Notes under the pieces: generated by a model
Databases searched by the model: none
What the model saw: the letters and a program-made list of their open reading frames with translations, nothing else
What the model was told of the DNA's origin: nothing
Program-made: the position numbers and the translations under genes
Shown: positions 1 to 10,960 of the stretch, piece after piece
Position numbering within the stretch: position 1 is the stretch's first letter
Layout: each line of letters starts with the position of its first letter
Assembly (NCBI RefSeq): GCF_000195975.1
Contig: NC_005070.1
Span: forward strand, 540,001-572,000
Reading direction: 5' to 3'
DNA: 32,000 bases
Source: Parasynechococcus marenigrum WH 8102
Lineage (GTDB): Bacteria > Cyanobacteriota > Cyanobacteriia > PCC-6307 > Cyanobiaceae

Positions 1-403
1 GGCTCGGGGCGTCAGCCACAACGCTTTCCGGCAATTCGTGATCGGCGTGACCGGCTATGCCAAACAGGAGGAGATCGCCGGCTTCTTTACGAACACCTCT
101 GAGGAGTTCATGGGCAGCCACTCGATCACCGACTCCCACATCTCCACCATCACCGACACGATCCTGATGCTGCAGTACGTGGAGATTCGCGGTGAGATGG
201 CCCGGGCGCTGAATGTGTTCAAGATGCGCGGGTCCTGGCACGACAAGGGCATCCGCGAATTCGTGATCACCGGCAATGGTCCGCAGATCAAGGATTCCTT
301 CTCCAACTTCGAGCGGATCATCTCCGGCGTTCCCCATCGGGTCACCACCGACGAACGCAGCGAGTTGTCCCGCATCGCCCGCGGCGTCTCCAGCGAGGAC
401 TAA
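1..403 (+). CDS. kaiC: Circadian clock protein KaiC, C-terminal fragment (5' end is upstream of the window)
   Basis: The frame is open from the window edge to TAA 401-403. The translation ...TDTILMLQYVEIRGEMARALNVFKMRGSWHDKGIREFVITGNGPQIKDSF... matches the KaiC CII domain and C-terminal tail as I recall them. Confidence 0.85.
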   Translation, partial: ARGVSHNAFRQFVIGVTGYAKQEEIAGFFTNTSEEFMGSHSITDSHISTITDTILMLQYVEIRGEMARALNVFKMRGSWHDKGIREFVITGNGPQIKDSFSNFERIISGVPHRVTTDERSELSRIARGVSSED

Positions 404-2442
404 GCCAACTGTTCAGCGGTGGAACGACGTTCGGCCTGCAGCTTCAGTTCATCCACATCCGCCTGACCCAAGGGCAGATCAAACCAGAAGGTGGTTCCCA
501 CCTCCGGTTCACTGGCCATAGACACCTTGGTGCCATGTTTCTCGAGAATTCCACGCACGATTGAGAGGCCCAGGCCGGTTCCTACTTCCGTGTGGACGGC
601 ATTTTCCACACGGAAAAAGCGGTCGAAGATCCGCTCCTGGTCAGCGGCGCTGATGCCGCAGCCGGTGTCCGCGACTTCCACCCGCAGCCGCGGCAGCGGT
701 GAGCTGAGCGCACAGCTGGGGCCCGCCTGTTCATCGTTCGGAGATCCCACGGGACAGGTGTCGGGCCAGGGATATGCCCGCAGGGCCAGAGTCCCGCCGG
801 AACGGCTGAACTTCAGGGCATTGCCCACGAGGTTGTCGAGCACCTGCAGCAGCAGATCCCAGTTGCCCAGTACTTCAGGCAAATCCTCCGGTGCATCCAG
901 CTCAAGCTTCACATGCTTGTCGTCGGCGTTGAGGCGGTAGGCGCGCAGGGTCTGCTCCATGGCGGGGAGAAGATTCATCGCTTCGAACTGAACGGCGCGA
1001 CCGGACTCCAGGCGTGAGAGGTCGAGCACGTCGTTAACGAGCCGGGTGAGGCGATCGGTTTCGTCATTGGCGACGCCGAGAAATTCCTTGTGTTCTTCGG
1101 GGCTGAGCTGATCACCGAGGTCGTGCAGTGTTTCGACGTAGCTCTTGATGTTGAACAGTGGTGTGCGCAGCTCATGGGAGACGTTGCTGATGAAACGACT
1201 CTGAGCTGCATTCAGTTCCACCTCCCTGGTGAGATCCTGCACGGTGACGGCAATGCCCTTGAGCGATTCGCCGCTGGCATCGCGTACGGCCTGCATCACG
1301 ATGCGCAGCGTTCGGCTCGGTTCACCGACGCTGCAGCGCAGGTCTTCACTGTCAGCGCCGCTGATCAGCAGCAGATCGAGGGGGGCCTGGAGTTCGATCG
1401 CCAGCAGGTCCGGCAATTCGGCCACCAGCTCCTGCCCTTCCAACTTGCGGCCCTCCCAGCGGAACAGACGCCGGGCGGTGGGGTTGGCCAGCACGATCCG
1501 GCCCTGCTCATCAAGAAGAATGGCGCCGTCGGCCATGGTGGCGATCAGCGACTGCTGCTTCACCTGGGCTGCGGTCAACTCCTCGATGTTGGCCTCGTCG
1601 TAGGCCTCGAGCTGGGAGGCCATGGCGTTGAAGCCGGTCAGCAATTCCCCCAGCTCACCGCCAACGGGCAGGTCGATGCGGGCCTGGAAGTTGCCGAGAG
1701 AAATCGAACGAACGCCTCGCAGCAGTTCCTTCACCGGGCGGGTGATGGTGAGGGCGTTGAACACAGCCCCCAGAATCACCAGCACCCAGATCGAGATGAA
1801 CACCGCCACGGTCACCTCGCGGGTGAGGGCGGCGCTGGCGAGAGCGGTTTCATTGGGGTTCACCCCCAGACCGAGCACGCCGTAATAACGGCCGTTGCGA
1901 ATCAGGGGGACGAACACATCAGTCACCCGGCCCTGGGGGGTGAGGTGCTGCCGCACAAGGGGATTCTGCGGGCGGCGGCGCAGTTCGTCCGGCAGCTCCA
2001 GGCGTCGGTTCAGGCGTAGATCACCGTCACCACCGGCGGCGGCCCCGCTGATCGGGATGCCGAGGTAGACAACCCCATCGGGATCGGCGAAGAAGATGTA
2101 GCGAACACTGCGGCTGGACCGCCAGAACTTCTCGGCCACGTTGGCCAGTTCGCGGTCCTGTTCCTGGGCCACCAGTTCGGTGACGTTGCCTGCCAGCAAC
2201 AGGCCCAGGTCGCGGGCATAGCGGGTGTCGTTCATCACGGCATCGCGCTGGATGCCGTTCAGGGCCAAAAAGGTGATGCCGGTCATCACCAGGCTCACCA
2301 CGAGGGTGGCGACGGCCAGCAGTTTGGTCTGCAGGCTGAATTCAGCCCACCACGCGACGATGCGACGCCAGATCCCATCGGATCCAGGATCTGGCCCACC
2401 GGGTTGCGGCAGGGCCCAGTCAGCGGTCGCGGGGGTAGTCAT
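400..2442 (-). CDS. nblS: Membrane sensor histidine kinase (2 TM + HAMP + PAS + HisKA + HATPase), NblS/Hik33-like
   Basis: 680-aa ORF. It has an N-terminal TM segment, a second TM followed by a HAMP-like RPVKELLRGVRSISLGNF...ELGELLTGFNAMASQL, a PAS-like segment, an H-box FISNVSHELRTPL, and G-boxes DTGCGI / GTGLGLSIV. Its start overlaps the purD stop (ATGA). Confidence 0.75.
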   Translation of the reverse strand: MTTPATADWALPQPGGPDPGSDGIWRRIVAWWAEFSLQTKLLAVATLVVSLVMTGITFLALNGIQRDAVMNDTRYARDLGLLLAGNVTELVAQEQDRELANVAEKFWRSSRSVRYIFFADPDGVVYLGIPISGAAAGGDGDLRLNRRLELPDELRRRPQNPLVRQHLTPQGRVTDVFVPLIRNGRYYGVLGLGVNPNETALASAALTREVTVAVFISIWVLVILGAVFNALTITRPVKELLRGVRSISLGNFQARIDLPVGGELGELLTGFNAMASQLEAYDEANIEELTAAQVKQQSLIATMADGAILLDEQGRIVLANPTARRLFRWEGRKLEGQELVAELPDLLAIELQAPLDLLLISGADSEDLRCSVGEPSRTLRIVMQAVRDASGESLKGIAVTVQDLTREVELNAAQSRFISNVSHELRTPLFNIKSYVETLHDLGDQLSPEEHKEFLGVANDETDRLTRLVNDVLDLSRLESGRAVQFEAMNLLPAMEQTLRAYRLNADDKHVKLELDAPEDLPEVLGNWDLLLQVLDNLVGNALKFSRSGGTLALRAYPWPDTCPVGSPNDEQAGPSCALSSPLPRLRVEVADTGCGISAADQERIFDRFFRVENAVHTEVGTGLGLSIVRGILEKHGTKVSMASEPEVGTTFWFDLPLGQADVDELKLQAERRSTAEQLA

Positions 2443-3746
2443 CCGCTGGAGCGCACCTGATGGCCGATGTCGCGACGGTACGTGATTCCATCAAATTGCA
2501 CCTGATTGAGCCCGCTGTAGGCAGCAGCGAAGGCCTGGTCAAAATCATCGCCCTGGGCGACGACTGCCAGCACACGCCCCCCGGCGGTGATCAGCTCACC
2601 GTTGGCATCGCGCCGGGTGCCGGCGTGGAACAGCTGGCGGTTGGTCTTGCTGCTGAAGCTCAGCTGGATGGCATCGCCCTTGCGGGGAGCGTCGGGGTAG
2701 CCGGAGGCTGCCGCCACCACACAGGCGCTGCAGCGTGAATCGATCGAGAGCGCTGGGGCCAGGTCGAGCCGTCCCAGGGCACAGGCCTGCAGCACCTGCG
2801 CCAGCTCCGGTCCTAGCAGGGGCATCAGGGTCTGGCATTCCGGATCCCCGAAGCGGCAATTGAATTCGATCACCTGAGGTCCGGCGTCGGTGAGCATCAG
2901 GCCGGCGTAGATGACGCCGCGGTAGTCGATGCCACGGGCCTTGAGCGCCTGCAGCGTTGGCTCCAGCACCAGACGGCGAACCTGCTCCAGGCCTTCGGCA
3001 TCCAGCAGTGGTGCGGGGGCGTAGGCCCCCATGCCTCCGGTGTTGGGGCCCCGGTCACCCTCCAGCAATCGCTTGTGGTCCTGGGCCGGTGGCAACAGCA
3101 CCATCCGCTCCCCATCGCAAAGGGCGAACACCGACACCTCGGGGCCCTGCAGCTGCTCCTCCAGCACCAGATGGGAGCCGGCGCTGCCGAAGCGGCCGGC
3201 GAAGGCGTCCCGGATCGCCGCCTCCGCCTGCTCGATCGTGTCGGCGACGGTGACCCCCTTGCCTGCCGCCAGGCCATCGGCCTTCACCACCAGCGGCCGG
3301 CCCACCTCGGCCAACACCGCCAGGGCATCCGCTTCGCTGGTCACCGCCCAGTGGCCGGCGGTGGGCACCCCGGCCTCCCTCATCAGTTGCTTAGCCCAGG
3401 CCTTGCTGGCCTCCAGTTGCGCTCCCTCTGCCCCTGGACCGAACACGGCGATGCCGGCCTGCCGCAGGGCATCGGCCACCCCAGCAGCCAGAGGGGCTTC
3501 CGGACCCACCACGACCAAATCAACAGAATGCGTCTGGCAGTGGGCGATCAGTGCGGTGCTGTCGGTCTCCGCGATGGCGAGGGCCTGCTGGTCACTCCCG
3601 GCGTTGCCCGGGGTGATCCAGACCGTCTCAATGGCGTCATGGCGCTGCAGGGCCCAGCTCAGGGCGTGTTCGCGGCCGCCACCACCAACAACGAGCACCC
3701 GCCGCAGATCGGGCAGGGCGTGGGGACGGGTGGACGAGATGGCCAT
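2439..3746 (-). CDS. purD: Phosphoribosylamine-glycine ligase
   Basis: Translation VLVVGGGGREHAL...VKADGLAAGKGV...GPNTGGMGAY... is typical PurD. I prefer the start at ATG 3746 (MAISSTRPH...) over the ORF-track start at 3806, because it gives a typical length of about 435 aa. Confidence 0.9.
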   Translation of the reverse strand: MAISSTRPHALPDLRRVLVVGGGGREHALSWALQRHDAIETVWITPGNAGSDQQALAIAETDSTALIAHCQTHSVDLVVVGPEAPLAAGVADALRQAGIAVFGPGAEGAQLEASKAWAKQLMREAGVPTAGHWAVTSEADALAVLAEVGRPLVVKADGLAAGKGVTVADTIEQAEAAIRDAFAGRFGSAGSHLVLEEQLQGPEVSVFALCDGERMVLLPPAQDHKRLLEGDRGPNTGGMGAYAPAPLLDAEGLEQVRRLVLEPTLQALKARGIDYRGVIYAGLMLTDAGPQVIEFNCRFGDPECQTLMPLLGPELAQVLQACALGRLDLAPALSIDSRCSACVVAAASGYPDAPRKGDAIQLSFSSKTNRQLFHAGTRRDANGELITAGGRVLAVVAQGDDFDQAFAAAYSGLNQVQFDGITYRRDIGHQVRSSG

Positions 3747-3804
3747 GGGGGCAAACCGGAGCGGAGGGGCCTCGTAGGTTCTCCGTTGTAGAACGCAGCC
3801 CGCC

Positions 3805-4683
3805 ATGGGGATTCAGCCCCTGCCCATGCTGCTGTCGCTGCTGGCGGCGGCGACACCGCTCAGCGAGCCTCAGCCCATGGCGGAGGAGCGGTTTCAGCAA
3901 TGGTTGCTGGAGTCGGATCTGCAGCAGCTGGAGCTGGGTTGCTCCGACCCGCTGATCGGAGCAACCGGCGGGCGTCAGCAGCAGATCCGGGATCGCTTGT
4001 TGGTGCTGAATCCCGCTCCTGACTCATTTGAGCTGGTGGTGGCGAATGCCACCGCGTTGCTCACCTGCGGTTCACCGGACAGTGCCGCGCGGGTGCTCAA
4101 CCGGATCAGTCCAGCGGTGGGTGAGGAGCGCCGTCGCTGGCTTCGTCTGCGCTGGCAGGCCGCGGCGGCTGGGCTGGATCACCGCGAAGCGGCTTTGGCG
4201 TTGCGGCGGCTGGTGAACGGAGATCTGATCGCCCTGGCGAGCCTGGAGCTTGGGGACGGTCGCCTGGGGTTGGATCAACTGGCAGAGCATGAGGCGGCCC
4301 TGGGTCGACAGGCGGAGGCCGCTGCGGTGCTGCTGCTGGCCCCGAACCCCCAGCGACTCGCCCAGGCTGCTGATTGGCTGGCGGGTGCCGATGCTGCAGC
4401 GGCTGATCAGTTGCTGGAACAGGCGCTGGATCAGGCGGCGGCGGATCAGGCCTGGGGGCTGGCGGTGGAGCTGCTGGAGCTGCAGTTGAGCCTGCAGCTG
4501 GCGGCCGGTGGTGATGGCGCTCGGCCACGGCAACGGTTGCAGCGGCTGGCTGCCCAGCTCGATGACCGCTACAGCCTCTGGCGGCTTGAGGGGGGTGATG
4601 AGCTGGATCTGGGGCTGCGATCGCCGCGGCAGCCCGGCGGCCATGCTGCGGTAGGAGATTCCCCTGACGCACCGTCCCCATGA
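3805..4683 (+). CDS. Hypothetical Ala/Leu-rich protein with an N-terminal signal-like segment
   Basis: 292-aa ORF with host-like GC3. It has a hydrophobic N-terminus ([20 protein letters not shown]) and a repetitive helical A/L/Q-rich body. Its stop overlaps the purC start (ATGA at 4680-4683). Confidence 0.6.
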   Translation: MGIQPLPMLLSLLAAATPLSEPQPMAEERFQQWLLESDLQQLELGCSDPLIGATGGRQQQIRDRLLVLNPAPDSFELVVANATALLTCGSPDSAARVLNRISPAVGEERRRWLRLRWQAAAAGLDHREAALALRRLVNGDLIALASLELGDGRLGLDQLAEHEAALGRQAEAAAVLLLAPNPQRLAQAADWLAGADAAAADQLLEQALDQAAADQAWGLAVELLELQLSLQLAAGGDGARPRQRLQRLAAQLDDRYSLWRLEGGDELDLGLRSPRQPGGHAAVGDSPDAPSP

Positions 4684-5432
4684 GTCCCGACCACGGCGAG
4701 TTGCTGTACGAAGGCAAGGCGAAGCGCATCTACGCCACCGACCACCCGGATCAGGTGCTGGTGGAGTACAAAAACGACGCGACTGCATTCAATGCCCAGA
4801 AGAAGGCACAACTGGCGGATAAAGGACGGTTGAACTGCCAGATCTCGGCTCGGTTATTTGAGCTGCTGGAGGGGCAGGGTGTCCCAAGCCACTATTTGGG
4901 GTTGGCGGGCGACACCTGGATGCTGGTGCAGCGGGTGGAGGTGATTCCGCTGGAGGTGGTGCTGCGCAACATCGCGACCGGATCGCTGTGTCGTCAGACG
5001 CCGATTGCCGAGGGAACTCCGATCAATCCAGCCCTGCTGGATCTTTATTACAAAGACGATGACCTCGGTGATCCGTTGCTGACGGAAGCCCGGGTGCGGT
5101 TGCTGGGGCTGGTGGATGACGCCCGACAGTCAGCGATTGAACAATTGGCGCGGCGAATCAATGGCGTGCTGCAGCCATTTTTCGACGGCCTCGAGCTGCA
5201 GTTGGTGGATTTCAAGCTTGAACTCGGGCTCAACAAGGCGGGCGAGTTGCTGCTGGCTGATGAGATCAGCCCTGACACCTGCCGCTTCTGGGATCAACGC
5301 AGCAGCGACACTAATGATCGGATTCTGGATAAGGACCGCTTCCGCAAGGATCTCGGTGGTGTGATGGAGGCCTACGGGGAGGTCCTCAAACGGGTCCACA
5401 CCGCCTGCCCGAACCCCCGCAACTGCCTGTAA
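4680..5432 (+). CDS. purC: Phosphoribosylaminoimidazole-succinocarboxamide (SAICAR) synthase
   Basis: [14 protein letters not shown]...[15 protein letters not shown]...[12 protein letters not shown]... are canonical PurC motifs. Confidence 0.92.
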   Translation: MSPDHGELLYEGKAKRIYATDHPDQVLVEYKNDATAFNAQKKAQLADKGRLNCQISARLFELLEGQGVPSHYLGLAGDTWMLVQRVEVIPLEVVLRNIATGSLCRQTPIAEGTPINPALLDLYYKDDDLGDPLLTEARVRLLGLVDDARQSAIEQLARRINGVLQPFFDGLELQLVDFKLELGLNKAGELLLADEISPDTCRFWDQRSSDTNDRILDKDRFRKDLGGVMEAYGEVLKRVHTACPNPRNCL

Positions 5433-5474
5433 GGTCGGCGGACATTTTGTGGCTTCGGCCCTCAAAGCGCCTCG

Positions 5475-7652
5475 ATGACTCGACGCAGCACTCGCCGTTC
5501 CCCGGTTGCCGTTGGTCAGGGTCTCCTGGGTCTGGCGTTGGGCTTGCCACTCACTGCAGCACCGGTGCTGGCGCAGGACACACCTGTTGTTGAGGTGGAG
5601 CAAGTCGAGGTCGCACAGCTTGATGCCCTGGAGGTCGAGGCCCCGCGGGTGCTGATTTCGGAAGTGTTGATCGAAGGCATCGGCGGACACCCCGAGGAAG
5701 AAAGGCTGCAGGTGGCGGCCTACGGGGCAATGCAGGTGCGGCCGGGCAGTCGCGTCACCCGAGAGGAGCTACAGCGGGACCTCAATGCCATCCAGGCCAC
5801 CGGCTGGTTTTCCGACGTCCGGATCAACCCTGTCAACGGTCCTCTCGGGGTGCAGGTGGTGGTGCAGGTGGAGCCCTTTCCCACCCTGTCCAGGGTTGAG
5901 CTTGACCCCGTTTCGGAAGAACTTCCTGAGGCAGTGGTTGAAGAGATCTTCAGCCCTGATTACGGCCGCACGCTCAACCTCAACGATCTGCAGAAGCGGA
6001 TGAAGGATCTGCAGGCCTGGTATGCCGGGCAGGGTTATTCACTTGCACGCATCTCAGGTCCCGAGCGGGTCAGTCCTGAAGGGGTGGTGACCCTGAAGCT
6101 CGTTCAGGGGAGCGTTGCTGGCGTTGAGGTTGAGTTCCTCAACAGCGAGGGCACCTCGACCGATGAGAACGGTGATCCGATTCGCGGCAAGACCAAGGAA
6201 TGGGTGATCACCCGTGAGATCTCCGTTCAGCCCGGTGACACGTTCAACCGCAACAAGCTCGAAAAGGACATCAAGCGCCTCTACGGCACCCAGCTTTTCA
6301 GTGATGTGAAGGTGACCCTCAAGCCGGTGCCGGAGCAGCCCGGTGATGTGGTGATCGTGCTGGGGATCGTGGAGCAGTCCTCGGGCCAACTGTCCGGCGG
6401 TCTCGGCTATAGCCAGAGCCAGGGTGTGTTCGGTCAGGTTCAGCTGCAGGACAGCAACTTCTTTGGTCGCGCCTGGAATATCGGCCTCAACGTGACCTAT
6501 GGCCAATACGGCGGCCTGGCCAACCTGAACTTCACCGATCCCTGGATCAAGGGCGACAGCCATCGCACCTCGTTCCGCGGCTCCCTGTTCCTCAGTCAGC
6601 AGGTGCCGCAGGTGTTCCAGAGCGAGGACAGCGGCAACATCCGCACCATTGACGGCTACGAGGACAACGGCAACAAGTACGCCTACGACGTGGGCCGCAA
6701 GTACAAATTCTCCGATTACGAGAAGGTGCCCGGTTCCGTCAACAAGGCAGAGAAGGAATACCCCAACCGCAGCTGGTTTGACTACGAGGGTGATTCATTC
6801 GCACTGCGCAAGACCGGCGGCAGCATTGCGTTCACGCGGCCTCTCAATGGTGGTGATCCGTTCAAGGACACCCCCTGGCGTGTGCTGGCTGGACTGTCGA
6901 TCAGTGAGGTCAGGCCGATCAACTTCGCGGCTGAGACCCGTGTTTACGGCGTGTCCACCAACAACTTCAAGGACGGTCGGGTGAAAAACAAGGACATTTT
7001 CTGCGTGTCCTACAACTGCGCCGACAGCAACATGTTGACCGGCCTGCGCCTCGCCACGACCTACAACAATTTCAACAACCCCCGTAATCCCACTAGCGGT
7101 AATTTCTTTACCGCCAGCACCGAGCAGTTCATCGGTGTGAACGAGGATTCCCCCACCTTCAACCGCCTGCGCGGCAGCTACACCCAGTTCTTCCCCGTGA
7201 ACTGGCTGAAACTGCACAAGGGTTGCCGGCCAAAAGCAGGTGAGGCCGCAGATTGCCCGCAGGCCATCGGTCTTCAAGTGAAGGCTGGCACGATCATCGG
7301 TGATCTGCCCCCTTACGAAGCCTTCTGCATAGGTGGATCAAACTCGATCCGCGGTTGGTACGACTGCGACCTAGCCGTTGCTCGCACCTTCGGAGAAGTC
7401 ACTCTTGAGTACCGCTTCCCGATCATCAGCGTGTTCTCCGGTGAGCTGTTCGTCGACGCCGGCACTGATTTCGACACTCAGAAGAATGTGCCCGGCAAGC
7501 CGGGTCTCTTGCTCGACAAGGATGGTTCAGGTGTGTCCGTGGGAACGGGCGTGATCGTTGGTACCCCCGTTGGCCCCCTGCGCCTGGAAGTGGCGAGCAA
7601 GGACTTCACCGACGACTGGCGCTTCAACCTGGGAGTGGGCTGGAAGTTCTAG
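5475..7652 (+). CDS. bamA: Outer-membrane protein assembly factor, Omp85/BamA (Toc75-like) family
   Basis: 725 aa with a signal peptide (…LTAAPVLAQD). It has POTRA-like repeats (…LQRDLNAIQATGWFSDVRI…, …LEKDIKRLYGTQLFSDVKV…) and a C-terminal beta-barrel ending in ...NLGVGWKF. Confidence 0.88.
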   Translation: MTRRSTRRSPVAVGQGLLGLALGLPLTAAPVLAQDTPVVEVEQVEVAQLDALEVEAPRVLISEVLIEGIGGHPEEERLQVAAYGAMQVRPGSRVTREELQRDLNAIQATGWFSDVRINPVNGPLGVQVVVQVEPFPTLSRVELDPVSEELPEAVVEEIFSPDYGRTLNLNDLQKRMKDLQAWYAGQGYSLARISGPERVSPEGVVTLKLVQGSVAGVEVEFLNSEGTSTDENGDPIRGKTKEWVITREISVQPGDTFNRNKLEKDIKRLYGTQLFSDVKVTLKPVPEQPGDVVIVLGIVEQSSGQLSGGLGYSQSQGVFGQVQLQDSNFFGRAWNIGLNVTYGQYGGLANLNFTDPWIKGDSHRTSFRGSLFLSQQVPQVFQSEDSGNIRTIDGYEDNGNKYAYDVGRKYKFSDYEKVPGSVNKAEKEYPNRSWFDYEGDSFALRKTGGSIAFTRPLNGGDPFKDTPWRVLAGLSISEVRPINFAAETRVYGVSTNNFKDGRVKNKDIFCVSYNCADSNMLTGLRLATTYNNFNNPRNPTSGNFFTASTEQFIGVNEDSPTFNRLRGSYTQFFPVNWLKLHKGCRPKAGEAADCPQAIGLQVKAGTIIGDLPPYEAFCIGGSNSIRGWYDCDLAVARTFGEVTLEYRFPIISVFSGELFVDAGTDFDTQKNVPGKPGLLLDKDGSGVSVGTGVIVGTPVGPLRLEVASKDFTDDWRFNLGVGWKF

Positions 7653-8479
7653 TGACCAACTGGCCGCAGGACTATTCAGGCGCCTGGACCCTCGCCGCTG
7701 AGGTGGAGCGGCGTGGGATTGGACTGCATAGCGGCGGTGAGTCAACCGTGCGCTTGCGTCCATGTGACAAGCCGGGGTTTCATCTGCGCGTCGGCGCTGC
7801 TGCAGAAGCGATTCGTCTCAGCCCGGATCAGGTGCGGGACAGTCAGCTCTGCACAACGCTGGACCTGGGGGCTCATCGTGTGGCCACCGTGGAGCATCTG
7901 CTGGCGGCCCTGGCCGGCTGTGGTTTGTCCCATTGCGAGATCGCCGTTCAGGGCGGTGAAATTCCCCTGCTGGATGGCTCAGCCCTCGGCTGGGTGGAGG
8001 CCATTGCGGATGCCGGTCTGCAGCCCGCCGCCAGTGAGCGGCCGACGGCCCCGAAGTTGGAGCAGCCTCTCGTGCGGCACCGCGGCAGCAGCGTGATCAC
8101 CGCCACACCCTCGGATCGGTTCAGCCTGGTGGGCATCATCGATTTCCCCCAGGCGGCGATCGGCCGTCAACAGCTGGCGCTGGAGCTGACCCCTCAACGC
8201 TTCGTTGACGAGATTGCACCAGCCCGCACCTTTGGTTTCCGTGATCAGGTGGAGCAGCTGCGGGCCGCCGGCCTGATCCAGGGGGGAGCCCTGGACAATG
8301 CCCTGGTCTGCGACGGTGATCACTGGCTGAACCCGCCGCTGCGCTTTGCCGACGAACCGGTGCGCCATAAGCTGCTGGACCTCATCGGTGATCTGGCGCT
8401 TGTGGGCTTCCCCCAGGCTCAGGTCCTCGTGTACAGGGGCTCCCATGGGCTCCACACCGATCTCGCCGCTGCCCTGTGA
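7652..8479 (+). CDS. lpxC: UDP-3-O-acyl-N-acetylglucosamine deacetylase
   Basis: [16 protein letters not shown]...[14 protein letters not shown]...[12 protein letters not shown]... The GTG start overlaps the bamA stop by 1 nt. Confidence 0.9.
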   Translation: MTNWPQDYSGAWTLAAEVERRGIGLHSGGESTVRLRPCDKPGFHLRVGAAAEAIRLSPDQVRDSQLCTTLDLGAHRVATVEHLLAALAGCGLSHCEIAVQGGEIPLLDGSALGWVEAIADAGLQPAASERPTAPKLEQPLVRHRGSSVITATPSDRFSLVGIIDFPQAAIGRQQLALELTPQRFVDEIAPARTFGFRDQVEQLRAAGLIQGGALDNALVCDGDHWLNPPLRFADEPVRHKLLDLIGDLALVGFPQAQVLVYRGSHGLHTDLAAAL

Positions 8480-8946
8480 CTGATTCCCCCGCCTCGGACG
8501 CCGCTCAGTCCTCCGTGGTGCTGACCAGTGAACAGATCGCTGGACTGCTGCCCCATCGCTATCCGTTTGCTCTGGTGGACCGGGTCATCGCCCATGAGCC
8601 TGGGGTGTCGGCGACCGGGATCAAGAACGTGACGGTCAATGAGCCGCAGTTTCAAGGCCATTTCCCTGGACGCCCGTTGATGCCGGGGGTGCTGATTGTT
8701 GAGGCGATGGCTCAGGTCGGGGGGTTGATCGTGACCCAGATGCCCGATCTACCGAAGGGTCTGTTCGTTTTTGCCGGGATTGACGGGGTACGCTTCCGCC
8801 GCCCCGTGGTTCCTGGAGATCAGCTGGTGATCCACTGCGAACTGCTCAGCCTCAAGCGCAAACGCTTCGGCAAGGTGAAGGCTGAAGCCAAAGTTGATGG
8901 CGAGCTGGTCTGTTCCGGCGAGCTGATGTTCTCCCTGGTGGACTGA
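8476..8946 (+). CDS. fabZ: 3-hydroxyacyl-ACP dehydratase
   Basis: [13 protein letters not shown]...[29 protein letters not shown]... The start overlaps the lpxC stop (GTGA). Confidence 0.92.
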   Translation: MTDSPASDAAQSSVVLTSEQIAGLLPHRYPFALVDRVIAHEPGVSATGIKNVTVNEPQFQGHFPGRPLMPGVLIVEAMAQVGGLIVTQMPDLPKGLFVFAGIDGVRFRRPVVPGDQLVIHCELLSLKRKRFGKVKAEAKVDGELVCSGELMFSLVD

Positions 8947-8951
8947 GAACC

Positions 8952-9779
8952 ATGACGGTGGAGCAGTCGCTCGCTCAGATTCATCCCCTGGCGGTGGTGG
9001 ACCCCAAGGCGCAGCTGGCTGCGGGGGTGGTGATCGGCCCGGGCGCCGTTGTGGGTCCTGAGGTGGTAATCGGCGAGAACAGTTGGATCGGCCCCCATGC
9101 GGTGTTGGAGGGGCGACTCACTCTTGGTCGCGACAACAAGGTGTTTGCGGGTGCCTGCCTGGGCCAGGAACCCCAGGACCTCAAGTACCGGGGTGCGCTG
9201 ACGGAGGTGGTGATCGGTGATGGCAACACCCTCAGAGAGTGCGTGACGATCAACCGCGCCACCGATGAAGGGGAGGTGACGCGGATCGGCAACGGCAACC
9301 TGCTGATGGCCTATTGCCATCTCGGTCACAACTGCGAGCTGGGGAACGGGATCGTGATGTCCAATGCCATCCAGGTGGCCGGACACGTGATCATCGAAGA
9401 CCGGGCGGTGATCGGCGGCTGCCTTGGCATCCATCAGTTCGTCCACGTCGGTGGTATGGCCATGGTGGGCGGCATGACCCGGGTGGACCGTGATGTGCCC
9501 CCTTACTGCCTGGTGGAAGGTCATCCGGGACGGGTGCGGGGACTGAACCGGGTTGGCCTGCGACGCAGTGGCCTCGGCAGCCGGCATGAGGGCCGTGAAC
9601 TCAAGCAGCTGCAGGAGATCTGGACCCTGCTCTATCGCTCCGATCTGGTGATCGCTGAGGGGGTCAAACAGGCCCAGCAACAGGAGCTGCTGCCGGCAGC
9701 AGCCCACCTTTGCCGTTTCCTGGCGGACTCGATCGCTGATGGACGCCGTGGACCGATGCCGGCATTGAGCAGCCGCTGA
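8952..9779 (+). CDS. lpxA: Acyl-ACP-UDP-N-acetylglucosamine O-acyltransferase
   Basis: Hexapeptide-repeat N-terminus ([45 protein letters not shown]) and a typical LpxA C-terminal helical domain. Confidence 0.9.
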   Translation: MTVEQSLAQIHPLAVVDPKAQLAAGVVIGPGAVVGPEVVIGENSWIGPHAVLEGRLTLGRDNKVFAGACLGQEPQDLKYRGALTEVVIGDGNTLRECVTINRATDEGEVTRIGNGNLLMAYCHLGHNCELGNGIVMSNAIQVAGHVIIEDRAVIGGCLGIHQFVHVGGMAMVGGMTRVDRDVPPYCLVEGHPGRVRGLNRVGLRRSGLGSRHEGRELKQLQEIWTLLYRSDLVIAEGVKQAQQQELLPAAAHLCRFLADSIADGRRGPMPALSSR

Positions 9780-10960
9780 TGGTGCGGCTGCTGATCAGCA
9801 CCGGTGAGGTGTCCGGTGATCTTCAGGGCAGCCTGTTGATTCGTGCGATACGGGCGGAAGCCGAGCGTCGCCAGTTGCCGTTGGAGCTGCTGGCCCTGGG
9901 GGGGAACCGGATGGAGGCAGCTGGCGCTGAGCTGCTGGCGGATACTGCCCCGATGGGGGCGATCGGACTGTGGGAGGCCGTGCCGCTAATCCTGCCGACG
10001 TTGCGTCTACAGGCCCAGGTGGACCGGCTGCTGGAGCAGCGTCCGCTCGATGGCGTGGTGCTGATCGACTACGTCGGCGCCAATGTGCGGCTGGGCGGCA
10101 AGCTGCGCCGCAAGCATCCATCCCTGCCGATCACCTACTACATCGCGCCCCAGGAATGGGCCTGGCGATTCGGTGATGGCAGCACCACCCGGCTGCTGGA
10201 TTTCACCGACCGCATCCTTGCCATCTTTCCGGCGGAGGCCGAGTTCTATGCCCAACGCGGGGCCACCGTCACCTGGGTGGGCCATCCCTTGCTGGACAGT
10301 TTCCAGGACCTTCCCGGCCGCGAGGAATCTCGCCAGCAGTTGGGATTGGATCCAACTGCTCCTGTGCTGTTGCTGGTGCCGGCTTCACGCCCCCAGGAGC
10401 TGCGGTATCTGATGCCTCCGTTGGCGGCAGCAGCGGCGATGCTGCAGCGCCGTAAACCGGGCCTGCAGGTGCTGGTGCCGGCTGGTCTGGAGCGGTTTGA
10501 ACAGCCCCTCGCCGAGGCCCTGAGCGCAGCGGGTGTAGTGAATGCACGGGTGATTCCGGCGGCGGCGGTGGATGGCCTGAAGAAATCCCTGTGTGCAGCG
10601 GCGGATCTGGCCTTGGGCAAGTCGGGCACGGTGAATCTGGAGCTGGCCCTGCAGGGGGTACCCCAGGTGGTGGGCTACCGCGTCAGTGGTCTCACGGCGT
10701 TTGTGGCCAAGCACCTGCTGCGTTTTCAGGTGGACCACATCTCACCAGTGAATCTGCTGCTGAAGCAGCGCCTGGTGCCGGAGTTGCTGCAGGACGAACT
10801 GACCGCTGAGGCTCTGGTGGAGCAGGCCCTGCCATTACTGGAGCCGGGACCGGAACGGCAGCGGATGCTGGATGGCTACGGTCAACTCCGATCAACGCTG
10901 GGGGAGCCGGGTGTGACGGAGCGGGCAGCCAAGGCCATTCTCGATCAGGTGCAGCGATGA
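9779..10960 (+). CDS. lpxB: Lipid-A-disaccharide synthase
   Basis: The N-terminus [21 protein letters not shown]... is typical of LpxB, at 393 aa. The start overlaps the lpxA stop (TGATG). Confidence 0.88.
   Translation: MVRLLISTGEVSGDLQGSLLIRAIRAEAERRQLPLELLALGGNRMEAAGAELLADTAPMGAIGLWEAVPLILPTLRLQAQVDRLLEQRPLDGVVLIDYVGANVRLGGKLRRKHPSLPITYYIAPQEWAWRFGDGSTTRLLDFTDRILAIFPAEAEFYAQRGATVTWVGHPLLDSFQDLPGREESRQQLGLDPTAPVLLLVPASRPQELRYLMPPLAAAAAMLQRRKPGLQVLVPAGLERFEQPLAEALSAAGVVNARVIPAAAVDGLKKSLCAAADLALGKSGTVNLELALQGVPQVVGYRVSGLTAFVAKHLLRFQVDHISPVNLLLKQRLVPELLQDELTAEALVEQALPLLEPGPERQRMLDGYGQLRSTLGEPGVTERAAKAILDQVQR

Noticed and set aside
1090-2019. 309-aa plus-strand ORF; similar shadow ORFs occur at 3031-3777, 3075-3791, 4072-4788 and 4106-4729
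   Set aside because: All are opposite or out of frame to convincing genes (nblS, purD, the 292-aa protein). Their sequences are Arg/Pro/Gly-rich nonsense.
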